Positions 55,853 through 64,000 of a stretch of 64,000 bases of DNA are shown here, in pieces. The stretch is taken from positions 2,062 through 66,061 of the forward strand of contig DASSBA010000209.1 of NCBI GenBank assembly GCA_035699205.1, written 5' to 3'. Numbering within the stretch: position 1 is the first letter of the stretch; every line of letters starts with the position of its first letter. The notes beneath the pieces were generated by a model. The model saw nothing but the letters and a program-made list of their open reading frames with translations, did not search any database and was not told where the DNA came from. The translations under genes and the position numbers were made by a program. The stretch is from Gemmatimonadales bacterium. Its GTDB lineage: Bacteria; Gemmatimonadota; Gemmatimonadetes; Gemmatimonadales; GWC2-71-9.

Positions 55853-56427
55853 TGGGGGCCTCGCGCGAAGCGCTCGGCGCCGTCCCCGCACCCGCGCGGA
55901 TGCGATTGGCGCGGCGCCTGGTCGAGATCGGGCTCGGCGCGCTCGTGGTAGCTGCCGCCGCGCAGGTGCTGGTGCCGGTGCCGTTCAGCCCGGTGCCGAT
56001 GACGCTCCAGCCGCTGGCGGTGCTGGTGGTGGGCGGGCTCCTCGGCGCGGCCGGCGGAGTGGCGGCGCTGGTGGCCTACCTGGCGCTCGGACTGCTCGGG
56101 CTCCCGGTGTTCGCCGGCGGGTCGTCGGGCGTGCTCCACCTGCTGGGGCCGACCGGCGGGTACCTGCTGGCTTTCCCGATCGCGGCGGGCGTCACCGGCG
56201 CGCTCGCCCGGCGCGGGGCGGGCGTGCTCCGGGTGCTGCTGGCCTGCGCGCTCGGCATGGTCGTCATCCACGCCGGCGGCGTGGCGCAGCTCGCGCTGCT
56301 CGGGGGTGACCCCGCGCTGGCGTTCCGCGTCGGCTTCGTGCCGTTCCTCACCGGCGACCTGCTCAAGGTCGGACTCGCCGCGGCCGTCGTGCTCGGGCTG
56401 CGGCCGGTCCTCCGCGGCGCGCGTTGA
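55849..56427 (+). CDS. bioY: BioY family biotin transporter S-component
   Basis: [23 protein letters not shown]...[11 protein letters not shown]...[12 protein letters not shown] overlap with the thiolase gene. Confidence 0.85.
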   Translation: MMGASREALGAVPAPARMRLARRLVEIGLGALVVAAAAQVLVPVPFSPVPMTLQPLAVLVVGGLLGAAGGVAALVAYLALGLLGLPVFAGGSSGVLHLLGPTGGYLLAFPIAAGVTGALARRGAGVLRVLLACALGMVVIHAGGVAQLALLGGDPALAFRVGFVPFLTGDLLKVGLAAAVVLGLRPVLRGAR

Positions 56428-57308
56428 CCGAGCCGACGCCGCCCAGGCGCCAGCGCCCGGTGCTCCGGGCCATCGGCGCCGTCATCTGTTTCTACCTGCT
56501 CGGCGTCCTCCTCGTTTCGCTGCTGCTGCTGCCGTTCGCCAGGCAACTGACCTCGGGCGCATCCCCCACCGAGCTGGCCGCGCATCCGACGCCGCTGTTC
56601 GCGCTGGTGCAGGGCGTCGCGCTCCTGCTGGCGTTCGGCGCCGCCACCTGGATCGTCGGCGTCCGCGCGCTCCGGTTCGGGGCCGCCGACCTCCGCTGGC
56701 GAACCCGGCTGGGCTGGGCCCGGGGGCTCGGCGCCGGCCTGGTCTTCGGCATCCTCCCTGCCGCGATCGCGATGACCCTCGGCGTGTTCACCGCCGGCGC
56801 GGGGTGGATTCACGACGGCGGCTCGCTGCAGCAATGGGTGCTGCAGGCGGGGAAGACCGTGCTGATCCTCGCGCCGGCGGCGCTCGCGGAGGAGCTGATG
56901 TTCCGGGGGCTCCCCATGGTCATCGCCGGCCGGACGCTCGGCCGCGGCCGCGCGATCCTGCTGCTCTCGCTGCTCTTCTCGCTGGCTCACATCCGGAATC
57001 CCGACGTGACCTCCGCCGGTCTCGCCAACATCGCGCTGGCCGGAATCTGGCTCTCGCTCGCGTTCTTCAGCGCGGGCGGCATGTGGACCGCGTTCGGGGC
57101 GCATCTCGGCTGGAACGCCACCCTGGCGGCGCTGGCGGCGCCGGTGAGCGGCCTCCCGTTCGACATCCCCTACATCGATTACCGGATGGGGGCTCCCGCC
57201 TGGCTCACGGGCGGCGCGTTCGGACCCGAGGGCGGTCTGCTCGGCACGCTGGCGCTCACCGTGACGGTAGTGCTCGCGGCCCAGTGGATCCGGCGGGAGC
57301 CGACATGA
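56424..57308 (+). CDS. CPBP family (CAAX/Abi) intramembrane glutamic endopeptidase
   Basis: EELMFRG motif, [11 protein letters not shown] and GAHLGWN motifs, multi-pass membrane protein. Confidence 0.85.
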   Translation: MTEPTPPRRQRPVLRAIGAVICFYLLGVLLVSLLLLPFARQLTSGASPTELAAHPTPLFALVQGVALLLAFGAATWIVGVRALRFGAADLRWRTRLGWARGLGAGLVFGILPAAIAMTLGVFTAGAGWIHDGGSLQQWVLQAGKTVLILAPAALAEELMFRGLPMVIAGRTLGRGRAILLLSLLFSLAHIRNPDVTSAGLANIALAGIWLSLAFFSAGGMWTAFGAHLGWNATLAALAAPVSGLPFDIPYIDYRMGAPAWLTGGAFGPEGGLLGTLALTVTVVLAAQWIRREPT

Positions 57309-58153
57309 GTCGCGCCGCCGTCATCGGCGCGGGCACCATGGGCAACGGTATCGCCCACGTCTTCGCGCAGCATGGGTGGGCGGTGGCGCTGATCGACACG
57401 GCGCCGGCCGCCCTCGAAAAGGCCACGGCGACCATCCGGGCCAATCTCGACCGGCAGGTGAAGAAGGGGACGCTGGCGCCAGAGGCGCCGGCCGAGGTGC
57501 TGGGACGCATCACCACCGCCACCGAACTCGGGGCCGCAGCGGGCGCGACGCTGGTGGTCGAGGCGGCGAGCGAGAATCCGGCGGTCAAATTCGCGGTCTT
57601 CGAGCAGCTCGACCGCGAGTGCGGGCCGGACGCGATCCTGGCCACCAACACCAGCTCGATCTCGGTCACCGAAATCGCCGCCCGTACGCGCCGGCCGGGG
57701 CAGGTGATCGGGATGCATTTCATGAACCCGGTGCCGGTCATGCAACTCGTCGAGGTGATCCGGGGCCACGCCACGAGCGACGCCACCACGCGAATGGTGA
57801 TGGAGACGGCCGCCGCGCTGGGCAAGACGCCGGTCGAGGTGAACGACTATCCGGGTTTCATCTCCAACCGCGTCCTGATGCCGATGGTCAACGAGGCGAT
57901 CTTCTGCGTCATGGAAGGCGTGGCGGCGCCGGAGGCGATCGATACCGTCATGAAGCTCGGGATGGCGCACCCGATGGGTCCGCTCGCGCTCGCCGATTTC
58001 ATCGGCCTCGACGTCTGCCTGGCCATCCTGGAGGTGCTGCAGCATGGCCTGGGCGACGACAAGTACCGGCCCTGCCCGCTGCTCCGGAAGATGGTGGCCG
58101 CGGGGGACCTGGGGAGGAAGAGCGGGCGGGGGTTTTTTCTCTATAAGTCGTGA
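57305..58153 (+). CDS. hbd: 3-hydroxybutyryl-CoA dehydrogenase
   Basis: [15 protein letters not shown]..., [39 protein letters not shown]. Confidence 0.92.
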   Translation: MSRAAVIGAGTMGNGIAHVFAQHGWAVALIDTAPAALEKATATIRANLDRQVKKGTLAPEAPAEVLGRITTATELGAAAGATLVVEAASENPAVKFAVFEQLDRECGPDAILATNTSSISVTEIAARTRRPGQVIGMHFMNPVPVMQLVEVIRGHATSDATTRMVMETAAALGKTPVEVNDYPGFISNRVLMPMVNEAIFCVMEGVAAPEAIDTVMKLGMAHPMGPLALADFIGLDVCLAILEVLQHGLGDDKYRPCPLLRKMVAAGDLGRKSGRGFFLYKS

Positions 58154-58256
58154 GTCGTGAGTCGTAAGTCGTGAGTCGTAAGGCATGACTCAGCGCCGAT
58201 CACACACCGTCCGACTCACAAGGTCGACTCACGACTCACGACTCACGACTCACGAC
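58147..58256. repeat. Hairpin with tandem 7-mer arms: (GTCGTRA)x5 / (TCACGAC)x4+
   Basis: About 32 bp with one A-C mismatch (58147-58178 with 58225-58256) and a loop of about 46 nt. The hbd stop TGA (58151-53) is inside the first repeat. The element ends 13 nt before the next start (58270). Confidence 0.88.
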
Positions 58257-58269
58257 CTGCGACTATCCC

Positions 58270-59337
58270 ATGGACCTCCTCGCCCAGATGCACGCGCTCG
58301 GCCACGAGCAGGTACTGTTCTCTCACGACCCCAGCTGCGGCTACTTCGGCATCATCGCCATCCACGACACCACGCTCGGCCCCGCGCTCGGCGGCACCCG
58401 ATTCTGGCAATACGCCTCCACCGAGGACGCCACCACCGACGCGCTCAGGCTGGCGCGCGGGATGACCTACAAGTCGGCCGTCATGGGGATCAATCTCGGC
58501 GGGGGCAAGTCGGTGATCGTGGGCGACAACAAGCGGCCGGACCGGGAAGCGCTGTTTCGCGCCCACGGCCGCTTCATCGAGACGCTCGGCGGCCGCTACA
58601 TCACCGCCGAAGACATCGGCACCAGCCCTGCCGACATGGAATACATCAAGCTGGAAACCGACCACGTGGCCGGCCTGCTGGGTCTCTCCGGCGACCCGTC
58701 GCCGGTGACCGCCTTCGGCGTGTACGTCGGGATGAAGGCGGCGGCCAGGGCCCGCTGGGGGGACGATCGGCTGGAGGGAAAGACGGTGGCGGTGCAGGGA
58801 TGCGGCCACGTGGCGACGCATCTCTGCCGGCATCTGCACGCGGACGGGGTCCGGCTCATCGTGACCGACATCGACGGCGAGAAAGTCCGGCGGGTGATGG
58901 ACGAGACCGGCGCCGGCTGCGTGGCCCCGGAGGCGATCTACGACCAGGTCGCCGACATCTATGCGCCCTGCGCCCTGGGCGCCACCATCAACGACGAGAC
59001 GCTGCCGCGGCTCAAGGTGGAGATCATCGCCGGGGCCGCCAACAACCAGCTCGCGGAGGACCGCCACGGCGACCTGCTCGAGCAGCGCGGGATTCTCTAC
59101 GCGCCGGACTACGTGATCAACGGCGGCGGCGTCATCAACGTCTATGGCGAGCTGCACCGCTGGCCGCACGAGCGCTCGAAGCAGAAGGCCGGCGAGATCT
59201 ACGATACGCTGCTCCGCATCTTCGACATCGCCACGCGCGAGCGCATCCCGACCTACCGCGCGGCGGACCGGCTGGCCGAGGAGCGGATCGCGGCGGTGGG
59301 GGGGCTGGACCGGATGTGGATGGGCGACGGACGGTGA
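58270..59337 (+). CDS. Leucine/valine/phenylalanine dehydrogenase family enzyme
   Basis: [22 protein letters not shown] (catalytic Lys), [16 protein letters not shown] Rossmann motif. Confidence 0.88.
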   Translation: MDLLAQMHALGHEQVLFSHDPSCGYFGIIAIHDTTLGPALGGTRFWQYASTEDATTDALRLARGMTYKSAVMGINLGGGKSVIVGDNKRPDREALFRAHGRFIETLGGRYITAEDIGTSPADMEYIKLETDHVAGLLGLSGDPSPVTAFGVYVGMKAAARARWGDDRLEGKTVAVQGCGHVATHLCRHLHADGVRLIVTDIDGEKVRRVMDETGAGCVAPEAIYDQVADIYAPCALGATINDETLPRLKVEIIAGAANNQLAEDRHGDLLEQRGILYAPDYVINGGGVINVYGELHRWPHERSKQKAGEIYDTLLRIFDIATRERIPTYRAADRLAEERIAAVGGLDRMWMGDGR

Positions 59338-59403
59338 GCGGTAAGCGGTGAGCGGTAGTTTCCGGGTGCCGCCGCTCACCGCTCACCGCTTACCGCTCAC
59401 CGT
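59331..59403. repeat. Hairpin with tandem 7-mer arms: (GCGGTRA)x3.7 / (TYACCGC)x3.7
   Basis: 26 perfect bp (59331-59356 with 59378-59403) and a 21-nt loop. The stop TGA (59335-37) is inside the first repeat. One unit has a G-to-A change on the left arm matched by C-to-T on the right arm. Confidence 0.9.
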
Positions 59404-59533
59404 TCCCCCCTCTCCCCCTCCCGCGAATTCTTATACATTAGGTACCGGAAGCCCGAAGTCATTTCCATCGGATCGGACCATGCCGGCGTGGAGTTGAAGG
59501 CGCGCCGCGTCGCACCATCGACGAGGAGCAGGA

Positions 59534-60817
59534 ATGAGTCTGGATCACAACGCATCGCTCCGGGAGGCCGATCCGCTGGTGGCGCGGCTCATCGACCGCG
59601 AACTGCGCCGCCAGCAGAACGGCCTCGAGCTGATCGCGAGCGAGAACTTCGCCAGCCGGGCGGTCATCGATGCCATGGGTACGCCGCTCACCAACAAGTA
59701 CGCCGAGGGCTACCCGGGGCGGCGCTACTACGGCGGGTGCGAGGTGGTGGACGAGATCGAGCAACTGGCCATCGACCGCCTGAAGGAGTTGTTCGGCGCG
59801 GAGCACGCCAACGTGCAGCCGCACTCGGGCGCGCAGGCCAACTTCGCGGCCTTCATGGCCGTCATCAAGCCGGGCGCCACCATCATGGGGATGTCGCTGC
59901 CGCACGGCGGCCATCTCACACATGGCGCGCCGGTCAGCCACAGCGGCGTGATCTGGCGGGCGGTGCACTACGGCGTGAACCCCGCCACCGGCCTCATCGA
60001 TTACGACGCGGTCCGCCGGCTGGCCCTGCAGGAGCAGCCGGCGCTCGTCATCGCGGGCGGGAGCGCGTATGCGCGCGTCATCGACTTCCCGGCCTTCCGC
60101 TCGATCGCCGACGAGGTGGGCGCGATCTTTCTGGTGGACATGGCCCACTTTGCCGGGCTGGTCGCGGGCGGCGTCTATCCCTCGCCGGTGCCGCACGCGC
60201 AGGTGGTCACCAGCACCACCCACAAGACGCTCCGCGGGCCGCGGGCCGGACTCATTCTCTCGATCGCCGAGCACGCCAAGGCCATCGACAAGTCGGTCTT
60301 CCCCGGCACCCAGGGCGGGCCGCTGGAACACGTGATCGCCGCCAAGGCCGTGGCCTTCGGCGAGGCGCTCACCCCCGACTTCCGCGTCTACGCCCGGCGG
60401 GTGGTGGAGAATGCGCAGACCCTGGCCGACGCGCTGATCGAGCGGGGCTTCGACATCGTCTCCGGCGGGACCGACTCGCACCTGATGCTGGTGGATCTCC
60501 GGCCCAAGGGCCTCACCGGCAAGGTGGCCGAAAAGACGCTCGACCAGGCCGGGATCACGGTCAACAAGAATACCGTGCCCGACGACCCGCAGTCCCCGTT
60601 CGTGACCAGCGGGATCCGGCTGGGCACCCCGGCCCTCACGACGCGCGGGATGGGACGGGCCGAAATGGTCCGCGTGGCCGAGCTGATCGACCGCGCGCTC
60701 ACCCGTCCCGACGAGGCCACCCTCGGCCGGGTGAAGCAGGAGGTCGAGGAGCTGACCTCCACGTTCCCGCTGTACCAGTCGGCGAAACCCGCCGGCCGCG
60801 TGCGGCGGAGCGCCTGA
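59534..60817 (+). CDS. glyA: Serine hydroxymethyltransferase
   Basis: ELIASENF...[16 protein letters not shown]...[12 protein letters not shown] (PLP lysine). Confidence 0.93.
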   Translation: MSLDHNASLREADPLVARLIDRELRRQQNGLELIASENFASRAVIDAMGTPLTNKYAEGYPGRRYYGGCEVVDEIEQLAIDRLKELFGAEHANVQPHSGAQANFAAFMAVIKPGATIMGMSLPHGGHLTHGAPVSHSGVIWRAVHYGVNPATGLIDYDAVRRLALQEQPALVIAGGSAYARVIDFPAFRSIADEVGAIFLVDMAHFAGLVAGGVYPSPVPHAQVVTSTTHKTLRGPRAGLILSIAEHAKAIDKSVFPGTQGGPLEHVIAAKAVAFGEALTPDFRVYARRVVENAQTLADALIERGFDIVSGGTDSHLMLVDLRPKGLTGKVAEKTLDQAGITVNKNTVPDDPQSPFVTSGIRLGTPALTTRGMGRAEMVRVAELIDRALTRPDEATLGRVKQEVEELTSTFPLYQSAKPAGRVRRSA

Positions 60818-60839
60818 GCTCCGGGGAGCCGTCGCCCGC

Positions 60840-61226
60840 GTGAACGAACTGCAGTTTGCCGAAGATGTCCTCGCGCGCATCCGCGCGCGGGGCGGTCCCT
60901 ATCACGAGCGCAGCTTCCTCTTCATGCTCGCCGCCATCGAGTACCTGCAGTCGCGCCTGGACGCGCGGCGCCACGTGGACGGCGCCGAGCTCGCGTGGGC
61001 CTGCCGCGATTTCGCCCGGGCGCAGTTCGGCCTGCTCGCGCCGCACGTGCTGGCGCACTGGGGCGTCACGCGCACCGAGGACTTCGGCCGCATCGTCTTC
61101 ACGCTGGTGGAGGTGGGACTGCTGGTCACCCAGCCGGGCGACCAGGAGGGGGACTTCGAGGGTGTCTTCGACTTCGCCGAGGCGTTCGGCGACGTCTACG
61201 AGTGGTCCGGCGTGCGGGGCGCCTGA
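60840..61226 (+). CDS. Hypothetical protein, possibly Minf_1886-like (TIGR04138) family
   Basis: HVDGAELAWACRDFARAQFGLLAPHVLAHWGVTRTEDFGRIVFTLVEVGLL resembles that family as I remember it. GTG start. Confidence 0.55.
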   Translation: MNELQFAEDVLARIRARGGPYHERSFLFMLAAIEYLQSRLDARRHVDGAELAWACRDFARAQFGLLAPHVLAHWGVTRTEDFGRIVFTLVEVGLLVTQPGDQEGDFEGVFDFAEAFGDVYEWSGVRGA

Positions 61227-61257
61227 CCGGGGGACGGGGTCCATCATCGGGGGGCAC

Positions 61258-61452
61258 ATGGACAAGACCGAATGGCCGGCGTGCCAGAAGTGCTCGCAGG
61301 GTACCCTCATTCCGCTCTCCGATTACGGGCGCGAAGGCGCGCCGATCACCTATAAGGCCTGGGTCTGCACCAACCCCGAGTGCGGCTTCAATCTCCGGAT
61401 CGACAACGGGGAGATCTCCTTCGGGCGGGCGATCGGGCAGAGCTACAAATGA
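61258..61452 (+). CDS. Small zinc-ribbon protein (64 aa)
   Basis: CQKC ... CTNPEC gives two Cys pairs. The ATG is preceded by a GGGGGG purine run. Confidence 0.5.
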   Translation: MDKTEWPACQKCSQGTLIPLSDYGREGAPITYKAWVCTNPECGFNLRIDNGEISFGRAIGQSYK

Positions 61453-61455
61453 GGA

Positions 61456-61530
61456 GCGGTGAGCGGTGAGCGGTGAGCGGTATACGCTTCCGTCGCTCAC
61501 CGCTCACCGCTCACCGTTTACCGCTCACCG
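61456..61530. repeat. Hairpin with tandem 7-mer arms: (GCGGTGA)x3.8 / (TCACCGC)x3+ (same unit as 59331..59403)
   Basis: 23 perfect bp (61457-61479 with 61494-61516) plus 2 GU, with a loop of about 10 nt. An extra TTTACCGCTCACCG unit allows a slipped register. It starts 4 nt after the stop (61450-52) and ends 6 nt before the nnr ATG (61537). Confidence 0.88.
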
Positions 61531-61536
61531 TCCACC

Positions 61537-63084
61537 ATGCCCCCCGTCCTTTCCCCCACCCAATCCGCCGCCTGGGACGCGACTGCCGTCGCGGGGGGTA
61601 TCGCGCTCGCCACCCTGATGGAGTGCGCGGGCAGAGCCGCCGCGGCGGTGATTGCGGCGCGGTATGCCCACCGGCTGCGCGACGGTGTGCTGGTGGCCGC
61701 CGGCCCCGGGCACAACGGAGGAGACGGCTGGGTGGTGGCGCGGGCACTCCATCGCGTGGCGGTGCCGGTCTGGGTTGCGGCGCCGCCGGGGCCCGGAGCG
61801 GAGTTGCGCGATGCCATGGCGGCACGGGCTCGCGAGGAGGGCGTGCGCGAGGTGCCGCCCGATGGACCGTGGCCCGGCGTGGGTCTCGTCGTGGACGCGC
61901 TGCTCGGCACCGGCGCGCGCGGAGCCCCGCGGCCCGCGATGGCCGCGCTGCTCGACCGCATCCTGGACCTGGAGCTGCCCGTCGTCGCCATCGACGGGCC
62001 CACGGGTATGGACCTCGAATCGGGGATCGTGCACGGGACCACACGGGCGGACCTCACGATCACCTTTGGCGGTGCGAGGCGGGGACACCTGCTCGCCCGC
62101 GACGAGACCGGCACCCTGGTGGTGGTGGACGTCGGCCACCCTCCGCCCGACCCGGCCTGGCCGTCGCTCGTGACGGACCGGCAGGCCGCGGACTGGCTTC
62201 GCCGGCTCCGGAGCCGGGACCACAAGGGCGCGCGCGGTCGAGTCGTCGTGGTCGGCGGCGATGCGGGAATGGTCGGCGCGGCGCGCATGGCGGGCCGGGC
62301 CGCATTCGGTGCGGGGGCCGGGCTGGTCCACGTGGTCGCACCGCCCGCCTCCGTGGCGGCGCTGATCCAGGCGGAGCCGGACCTGCAGACCCTCGCGCAT
62401 GCGTTCGACCAGGAGCCCACGGCCGCGCTGCTCGAGCTGGTGGAGCGGGCGGACGCGGTGATCGTCGGACCGGGGCTCGGCCGGGAGCCGGGGCGCCGCG
62501 CGTTCGTGACCCGGCTGGTACGGGCCGCACGCGCGGTGGTGCTCGACGCTGACGCGCTGGTCGCGTTCCACGGCGCGGCCGCCGAGCTTCGCGCGCTCGC
62601 GTCGGAGCGCTCGCTGGTCCTGACTCCCCATCCGGGCGAGTTCCGCGGCCTGTTCCCCGAGCTGGCTCCGATCCGGGAGCTGGATCCCTGGGGTGCCGCG
62701 GCGGCCGCGGCGGAGCGGTCGGCCGCGACGGTGCTGCTCAAGGGGGTGCCCACGGTGATTGCCCGGACGGGGTGGGCGCCGCTCACCGTGGCCGCGGGGA
62801 ATCCGGGCCTCGCCACCGGGGGGAGCGGCGACGTGCTGAGCGGGCTCGTGGCCACCGCGCTCGCCCAGCAGCTCACGCCCGAGGCCGCCGCGGCCCTCGG
62901 CGCCCAGGCGCTCGGCCGGGCCGCCGATCTGGCCGCCCGCCGGACCTCCGCCCGCACGCTCCGGCCGATGGACGTGGTCGCGGCCCTGCCGGATCTCTGG
63001 CGTGCGTGGGAGCTGCTCCGCCTCGCGCCACCGCTGCCCCGGCCGCCGATCCTGTTCGAGCTCGCTGCACCCCTGACGGTCTGA
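61537..63084 (+). CDS. nnr: Bifunctional NAD(P)H-hydrate epimerase / ADP-dependent dehydratase
   Basis: YjeF-N (VLVAAGPGHNGGDGWVVAR) plus YjeF-C/carbohydrate kinase (HKGARGRVVVVGG...GNPGLATGGSGDVLSG). Confidence 0.9.
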   Translation: MPPVLSPTQSAAWDATAVAGGIALATLMECAGRAAAAVIAARYAHRLRDGVLVAAGPGHNGGDGWVVARALHRVAVPVWVAAPPGPGAELRDAMAARAREEGVREVPPDGPWPGVGLVVDALLGTGARGAPRPAMAALLDRILDLELPVVAIDGPTGMDLESGIVHGTTRADLTITFGGARRGHLLARDETGTLVVVDVGHPPPDPAWPSLVTDRQAADWLRRLRSRDHKGARGRVVVVGGDAGMVGAARMAGRAAFGAGAGLVHVVAPPASVAALIQAEPDLQTLAHAFDQEPTAALLELVERADAVIVGPGLGREPGRRAFVTRLVRAARAVVLDADALVAFHGAAAELRALASERSLVLTPHPGEFRGLFPELAPIRELDPWGAAAAAAERSAATVLLKGVPTVIARTGWAPLTVAAGNPGLATGGSGDVLSGLVATALAQQLTPEAAAALGAQALGRAADLAARRTSARTLRPMDVVAALPDLWRAWELLRLAPPLPRPPILFELAAPLTV

Positions 63085-63146
63085 CTCCCGCCGCGCGGTG
63101 ACCTCGATCGAGGCGGCGGCCTTCAGGCCCGGATAAATTGCCGCCT

Positions 63147-64000
63147 ATGCGCCTCCCCGTCGTCGCCGCCGCGCTTGCGCTGGCCACCACTGCCGTTCCC
63201 GCGGGCGCGCAATCGCCGACCCGGGATTGGCGCCCCGAAGACCGCGCCGTCATCGGCGACTTCAGCCACATCACCTCGGTAGCGACCGCCATCGACCGCG
63301 TGTATGTGACCTCCACGGCGGCGGCACTCATCTGGAACCCGCAGTTCAGGCAATGGCGCGGCCCGTTCGATCCGCCCGATCCCACGCTCCTCTCCCGCGT
63401 GACGGGCGCGCTGGTGGACCCGCTCGACAACTCGCTCTGGCTGGCCCGGCCCGACGGTTGGATCCACTTCCAGCCCGAGCTGGAGCTGTGGGACCAGGGT
63501 CCCGTGCCGGAGGGAGTCCAGACCATCGCCTTTGACGCCGATGATCCGACGGTCGGCCTCTATCTCCGCAGTCGCAGCGGGTGGCTGTTGCTGCCGCGCG
63601 GCGGGCTGATCGCCTCGCCCGGGCGCGCGCCGGCCCATCCGACCACGCCGGCGCGGATCGACGACGTGCTCCGCAGCAACCCGACCCTCCAGACCAACGC
63701 GGCCCAGATCCTCCTGGACCCGCGGCTCAACACGGCCCGCTTCACCGCCGCGGCGCGCTCGGTCGACAACCTCGGCTGGTATCTCGGCACCTGGGGGGTC
63801 GGGCTGCTGTATCTGCCCGACGGTGCCGCGCTGCCGGACCGGCTCTCCTACGGCCTCAAGTCGCCCGTCGTCGGCGCCGTGTTCGGCTGGCCGGACGGCG
63901 TCTGGGCCGCCACGGACCGGACGACCCGGACCGACGCCACGCTCACCTTCGTGGATCGCGAGCTCGACGCGTTCCGCACGCTGGAGGGGCTGCCCGCCGC
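63147..64000 (+). CDS. Secreted hypothetical protein (N-terminal part; continues beyond the window)
   Basis: Not in the ORF track because there is no stop in the window. My translation from the ATG at 63147 is open to the end: MRLPVVAAALALATTAVPAGAQSP (signal peptide), then Trp/Asp-rich repeats suggestive of a beta-propeller. Confidence 0.6.
   Translation, partial: MRLPVVAAALALATTAVPAGAQSPTRDWRPEDRAVIGDFSHITSVATAIDRVYVTSTAAALIWNPQFRQWRGPFDPPDPTLLSRVTGALVDPLDNSLWLARPDGWIHFQPELELWDQGPVPEGVQTIAFDADDPTVGLYLRSRSGWLLLPRGGLIASPGRAPAHPTTPARIDDVLRSNPTLQTNAAQILLDPRLNTARFTAAARSVDNLGWYLGTWGVGLLYLPDGAALPDRLSYGLKSPVVGAVFGWPDGVWAATDRTTRTDATLTFVDRELDAFRTLEGLPA

Noticed and set aside
59404-59533. Possible ZTP (pfl) riboswitch in the glyA leader. 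I also checked upstream of purN at 45900-45976.
   Set aside because: ZTP riboswitches commonly precede glyA and purH, so I looked. I find neither the conserved GACUGGCG/GGUGG core nor the CCGCCUGGGC pseudoknot partner. I cannot run cmscan, so a divergent element is not excluded.
63085-63146. A possible terminator hairpin after nnr (CCGCCGC ... GCGGCGG with an internal CTCGATCGAG palindrome).
   Set aside because: It has only a 7-bp outer stem with a long, partly self-complementary loop, no T-tract, and no repeat-arm architecture. It is too weak to call.

Overview
Very GC-rich (about 70% by eye, not computed) bacterial chromosomal segment. Genes are densely packed and many neighbours overlap by 4 nt (ATGA/GTGA), which suggests long, translationally coupled operons. 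The protein set, with many Ig-like/lipoprotein and DUF-type genes, suggests a Gemmatimonadota-like organism, but that is a guess. I see no rRNA, CRISPR array, transposase, integrase or prophage genes.

Recognisable content:
- Housekeeping: ispE, pdxJ, trxA, rsmI, gltX, purN/purH, selA, valS, thrS, glyA, nnr, and two tRNA-Ser genes.
- A surface-glycan locus: GT4, deacetylase-like, wecB, epimerase, methyltransferase and asnB.
- Two paralogous copper-radical-oxidase-like lipoproteins interleaved with GT4 genes.
- An arsR-arsM-arsN2 cluster.
- A thiolase/hbd/leucine-dehydrogenase block.
- A DUF4159/DUF4175-like/TPR/Tat-protein operon of unknown function.
- A RadC-like JAB domain fused to a DinG helicase.

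The most unusual signal is at DNA level. Six short intergenic spacers are filled by long hairpins whose two arms are tandem 7-8 nt repeats (GACGGAAR, GACGGAGS, GTCGTGA, GCGGTGA, GGTGAAA).
- Four begin on, or within 4 nt after, the upstream stop codon (three include it), and two of those end 4-11 nt before the next start codon.
- One holds a start codon in its loop.

Many long ORFs in the supplied track are antisense or out-of-frame shadows typical of high-GC DNA, and I did not call them.
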